6,862 bases of DNA, taken from the IMG/VR virus record IMGVR_UViG_3300000268_000080, positions 1-6,862 of that record; one strand, written 5' to 3'. The notes under the pieces are model-generated. The model was given only the letters and a program-made list of their open reading frames with translations. It was not told where the DNA came from and ran no database searches. Every line of letters begins with the position of its first letter. The first letter of the stretch is position 1. The translations under genes were made by a program, and so were the position numbers. The DNA is from a virus. Shown here one piece after another: positions 5,104-6,862 of this stretch.

Positions 5104-5135
5104 CGGTGTCTAAACGTATTTTAAATCGGTGTCTA
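5103..5135 (+). repeat. Two direct 10-nt iterons TCGGTGTCTA, 23 bp apart, between the hairpin and the rep start
   Basis: The copies at 5103-5112 and 5126-5135 are identical. The second overlaps the possible GTG start (5129) of rep. Confidence 0.6.
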
Positions 5136-6208
5136 CGATGAATCAAGTTGTTTCTTCTTTGGATCTTAGTAATCCTGTTGATGTTTCGTTTTTAAAAAAT
5201 CTTTCTGCTGCTTCTTCGCGCGTTTCTGCTAAAAATACAAAATCTGAATTACGTGACACTGGGCTTGTCTCTATATTAACAAGTGACACGCCTTATAAAA
5301 TAGAACTACCGTCTCAAGATTATTTACGTTTAAAGCGGTTACAAAAGTCTGTTCGTGTTACGGCTGAGGTTGTTGAAGAAAAAATAAAGGCTTTCAATCA
5401 AAGAATGAAGCCTGCAATGGTTACTTTGACTTATCGTCCTGACGTTTCTTGGTCTGCAAAGCATGTTACTGACTATGTAAAGTGTGTTAAGCAATGGGCT
5501 AAAAGAAAGGGTCTTGCTGTTCACTATATTTGGGTTATGGAGCTAACTAAAAAGGGTGTCCCTCATTATCATGTCATGTGGTGGATTCCTAAAGGTCATA
5601 CAATGCCTAAAGCTGATAAACAAGGATGGTGGAAACATGGCATGACTAATAGTGTTTGGGCGCGTAAACCTGTTGGTTATCTTTGTAAATATACATCTAA
5701 GGGTATTGATCCACAGTCTTACGGTAAAATTCCTAAAAATGCTCGTTTGCATGGTTCTGGTGGTTTAACTGTTCCAATGCGTGTTTCAAAAATATGGTTA
5801 TGTTCCCCGTCTTGGGTGCGTGAATTATTTGATATTAATAATGGTGTAAAAAAGTTTGGTTGTTATTGGGTGGATCGTGTCACCTTAAAAGGTTTTTCAT
5901 CCCCTTGGCATTTTGATCATAATTCTCGTGTTTTGAAGTGGAAGGGTTTCGGTTCTGTCGTTGATATAACCGAATTAGATAAATATAAGCAAATGTACCC
6001 CAATAAGATGCCTGTTTCAGTATCTATGTTTTATCACTATGATCATGATCAATTTTCTTTTGCATCTGATCTTTATTCTATTGATTCTAAAAATATTCCT
6101 GCTTTTGATATGCAGAATTATTTGTCTTATTCTCGCCCTGCTGGATGTGATGATGATTTTGCTATTTTTGATTATTTCCTTGATGTTTGTGAAGAATTAC
6201 ATTTCTAG
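5129..6208 (+). CDS. Rolling-circle replication initiator (HUH endonuclease superfamily), 359 aa
   Basis: Motif 1 is AMVTLTY. Motif 2 (HUH) is PHYHVMWW, with H-Y-H at nt 5564-5572. Motif 3 is GYLCKYTSK, with two Tyr in Y-x3-Y spacing (nt 5678-5692), as in phiX174 gpA-type Reps. The start is ambiguous: GTG 5129 (track) or ATG 5138 (GGTG 6 nt upstream). Confidence 0.85.
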   Translation: MSTMNQVVSSLDLSNPVDVSFLKNLSAASSRVSAKNTKSELRDTGLVSILTSDTPYKIELPSQDYLRLKRLQKSVRVTAEVVEEKIKAFNQRMKPAMVTLTYRPDVSWSAKHVTDYVKCVKQWAKRKGLAVHYIWVMELTKKGVPHYHVMWWIPKGHTMPKADKQGWWKHGMTNSVWARKPVGYLCKYTSKGIDPQSYGKIPKNARLHGSGGLTVPMRVSKIWLCSPSWVRELFDINNGVKKFGCYWVDRVTLKGFSSPWHFDHNSRVLKWKGFGSVVDITELDKYKQMYPNKMPVSVSMFYHYDHDQFSFASDLYSIDSKNIPAFDMQNYLSYSRPAGCDDDFAIFDYFLDVCEELHF

Positions 6209-6394
6209 TTCTCCATATTTATTAACAGAGATACTTTTTATACCTATGTCTAAAATTTTGTGAGCTATTTCACTATCTTTGAGCGGTTCTTTATTCATAG
6301 ATATTAATATTTTATTAATTTCTATGCATTTTTTTCGAAGATTTTCGCTCTGTACTTCTTTGATTCGTAACATTTTGATCATTTTTACTACCAT
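6197..6394 (-). CDS. 65-aa small regulator candidate, possibly ribbon-helix-helix (Arc/CopG-like); only minus-strand gene
   Basis: The - strand reads TACAGGAGTAAACAAA-ATG, placing AGGAG 8 nt upstream of the ATG (complement of 6392-6394). The product is K/E/I-rich with a pattern of short beta (MLRIKEV), helix (SENLRKKCIEINKILI), turn, helix (KDSEIAHKILDIGIKSI). The xSEIxxxxL segment resembles RHH helix B. It faces a repeat-rich intergenic region. Confidence 0.6.
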   Translation of the reverse strand: MVVKMIKMLRIKEVQSENLRKKCIEINKILISMNKEPLKDSEIAHKILDIGIKSISVNKYGELEM

Positions 6395-6395
6395 T

Positions 6396-6470
6396 TTGTT
6401 TACTCCTGTACCAAATATACTTGTTTACAACATATTTTTTTTATGTTTACATATTTCAAAGTAAACATAA
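6396..6470. promoter_or_regulatory. Divergent control region with four TGTTTAC boxes, including a perfect 10-bp inverted repeat
   Basis: TGTTTAC occurs at 6397-6403, 6422-6428 and 6444-6450, and inverted as GTAAACA at 6461-6467. TTATGTTTAC (6441-6450) and GTAAACATAA (6461-6470) form a perfect inverted repeat with a 10-nt spacer. The region lies between the - strand regulator and the + strand ssb-like gene. TTTACA -35-like hexamers are present, but I could not pin down a convincing -10 in either direction. Confidence 0.6.
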
Positions 6471-6483
6471 ATGGTAATTTAGC

Positions 6484-6750
6484 ATGGATATTTTCAAAGC
6501 TGTTTTAATTGATGTAAAGACCGGTGATTTTAATAATTTAGTATTTGAATCAACTAAGTATGATATGGGGCTTGGTAAAGATGTTCCTTGTTCTGTTCAA
6601 ATTATGGTTTCAAAAGAACATGAGTTTATGATTCCTGAATATAAAAAATATATTGGTAATGAGTTTACAATACCTGTACGTTTACTTGTTACAAAGAAAC
6701 AAACAATTATGCGGATTACTGGTGCTGATGGTCTTCCATTTGTTGCTTAG
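6484..6750 (+). CDS. 88-aa gene-V-position protein; putative ssDNA-binding protein
   Basis: The ORF is clean, soluble and lacks a TM segment. Its size matches Ff gVp (87 aa). It is the first gene of the structural block, directly upstream of the small coat ORFs. The assignment rests on size and synteny only, and the SD is weak. Confidence 0.55.
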   Translation: MDIFKAVLIDVKTGDFNNLVFESTKYDMGLGKDVPCSVQIMVSKEHEFMIPEYKKYIGNEFTIPVRLLVTKKQTIMRITGADGLPFVA

Positions 6751-6770
6751 GCTAAAAAGGAATAATAAAA

Positions 6771-6862
6771 ATGAATTACATGGTTTGGTATTTCTTCATT
6801 TTTGGATTTGTAGCTCACATGTACTTCATTTACCGAATTATTAGAAGGATTCAGCGCAATGG
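6771..6862 (+). CDS. 5' part of the 40-aa ORF (duplicate of 8-99), truncated by the window end
   Basis: ATG 6771 has AAGGA (6757-6761) upstream. The sequence is identical to nt 8-99, and the complete copy is 8-130. Confidence 0.5.
   Translation, partial: MNYMVWYFFIFGFVAHMYFIYRIIRRIQRN

Noticed and set aside
5142-5150. CAACTTGAT on the minus strand, identical to 9 nt of the phiX174 origin (CAACTTG^ATATTAATAAC), inside the 5' end of rep
   Set aside because: It is tempting because the Rep has a phiX gpA-like Y-x3-Y motif and the phiX origin lies within gene A. However, the match is on the non-coding strand, and inoviruses nick and package the coding-sense strand. A 9-mer match over both strands of 6.8 kb is expected by chance at roughly the 5% level.
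6424-6451. dif-like string TTTACAACATA-TTTTTT-TTATGTTTACA (XerD-arm-like TTATGTT..A)
   Set aside because: The XerD arm matches 8 of 11 positions, but the XerC arm is poor (about 4 of 11 even after a 1-nt shift). The TTATGTTTAC element is better explained as part of the TGTTTAC operator array and its 10-bp inverted repeat, whose orientation is opposite to a dif core.
5339-6464. Track ORFs 5339-5524 (-), 5543-5752 (-), 6039-6263 (+) and 6279-6464 (+, TTG start)
   Set aside because: The first three are shadows within rep. The 6279-6464 ORF is the Phe/Leu/Ile-rich antisense of the K/E-rich - strand ORF. It starts at TTG with no SD, while the - strand ORF has AGGAG 8 nt upstream of its ATG.
6653-6844. 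63-aa + strand ORF overlapping the end of the ssb-like gene and the wrapped 40-aa ORF
   Set aside because: It is out of frame with both better-supported ORFs, has no SD, and depends on the duplicated terminal sequence.
1-6862. Search for tRNA, rRNA, CRISPR arrays, IS-type terminal inverted repeats and transposases
   Set aside because: I saw no cloverleaf-compatible segments, no spaced identical repeats of CRISPR type and no transposase-sized ORFs. The only long repeat is the 99-nt circular-closure overlap.

Overview
The window is one complete, circularly permuted genome of a small AT-rich filamentous ssDNA phage (inovirus-type replicon). Nt 1-99 recur exactly at 6764-6862, so the unit length is 6,763 nt. 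Going round the circle, the + strand carries: HUH rolling-circle Rep (5129-6208); gene-V-sized ssDNA-binding candidate (6484-6750); two small overlapping hydrophobic ORFs (6771->130 wrapped, and 96-284); major coat protein (307-582); large pIII-like adsorption protein (743-2410); pVI/Ace-like membrane protein (2403-2678); pI/Zot-family assembly ATPase (2680-4227). One gene is on the - strand: a 65-aa, possibly ribbon-helix-helix, regulator (6197-6394). It is wedged between rep and the ssb gene and faces an array of TGTTTAC repeats. I find no secretin (pIV), integrase, tRNA, rRNA or CRISPR. The least explained stretch is the ~0.9-kb module between zot and rep (4228-5128). It holds a 33-aa C2H2-like zinc-knuckle micro-ORF and a 105-aa orphan. 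The orphan's promoter carries three 14-bp palindromic boxes at exact 23-bp spacing. Two tandem ~30-aa transmembrane micropeptides follow, each preceded by the same 11-nt SD-bearing repeat. The module ends in a promoter, a perfect 12-bp hairpin and two iterons, which I read as the replication origin. Also notable are a GC-rich foldable island between the coat and pIII genes and an 11-residue-repeat domain in pIII. All functions come from motifs readable in the translations plus synteny; no homology search was possible.
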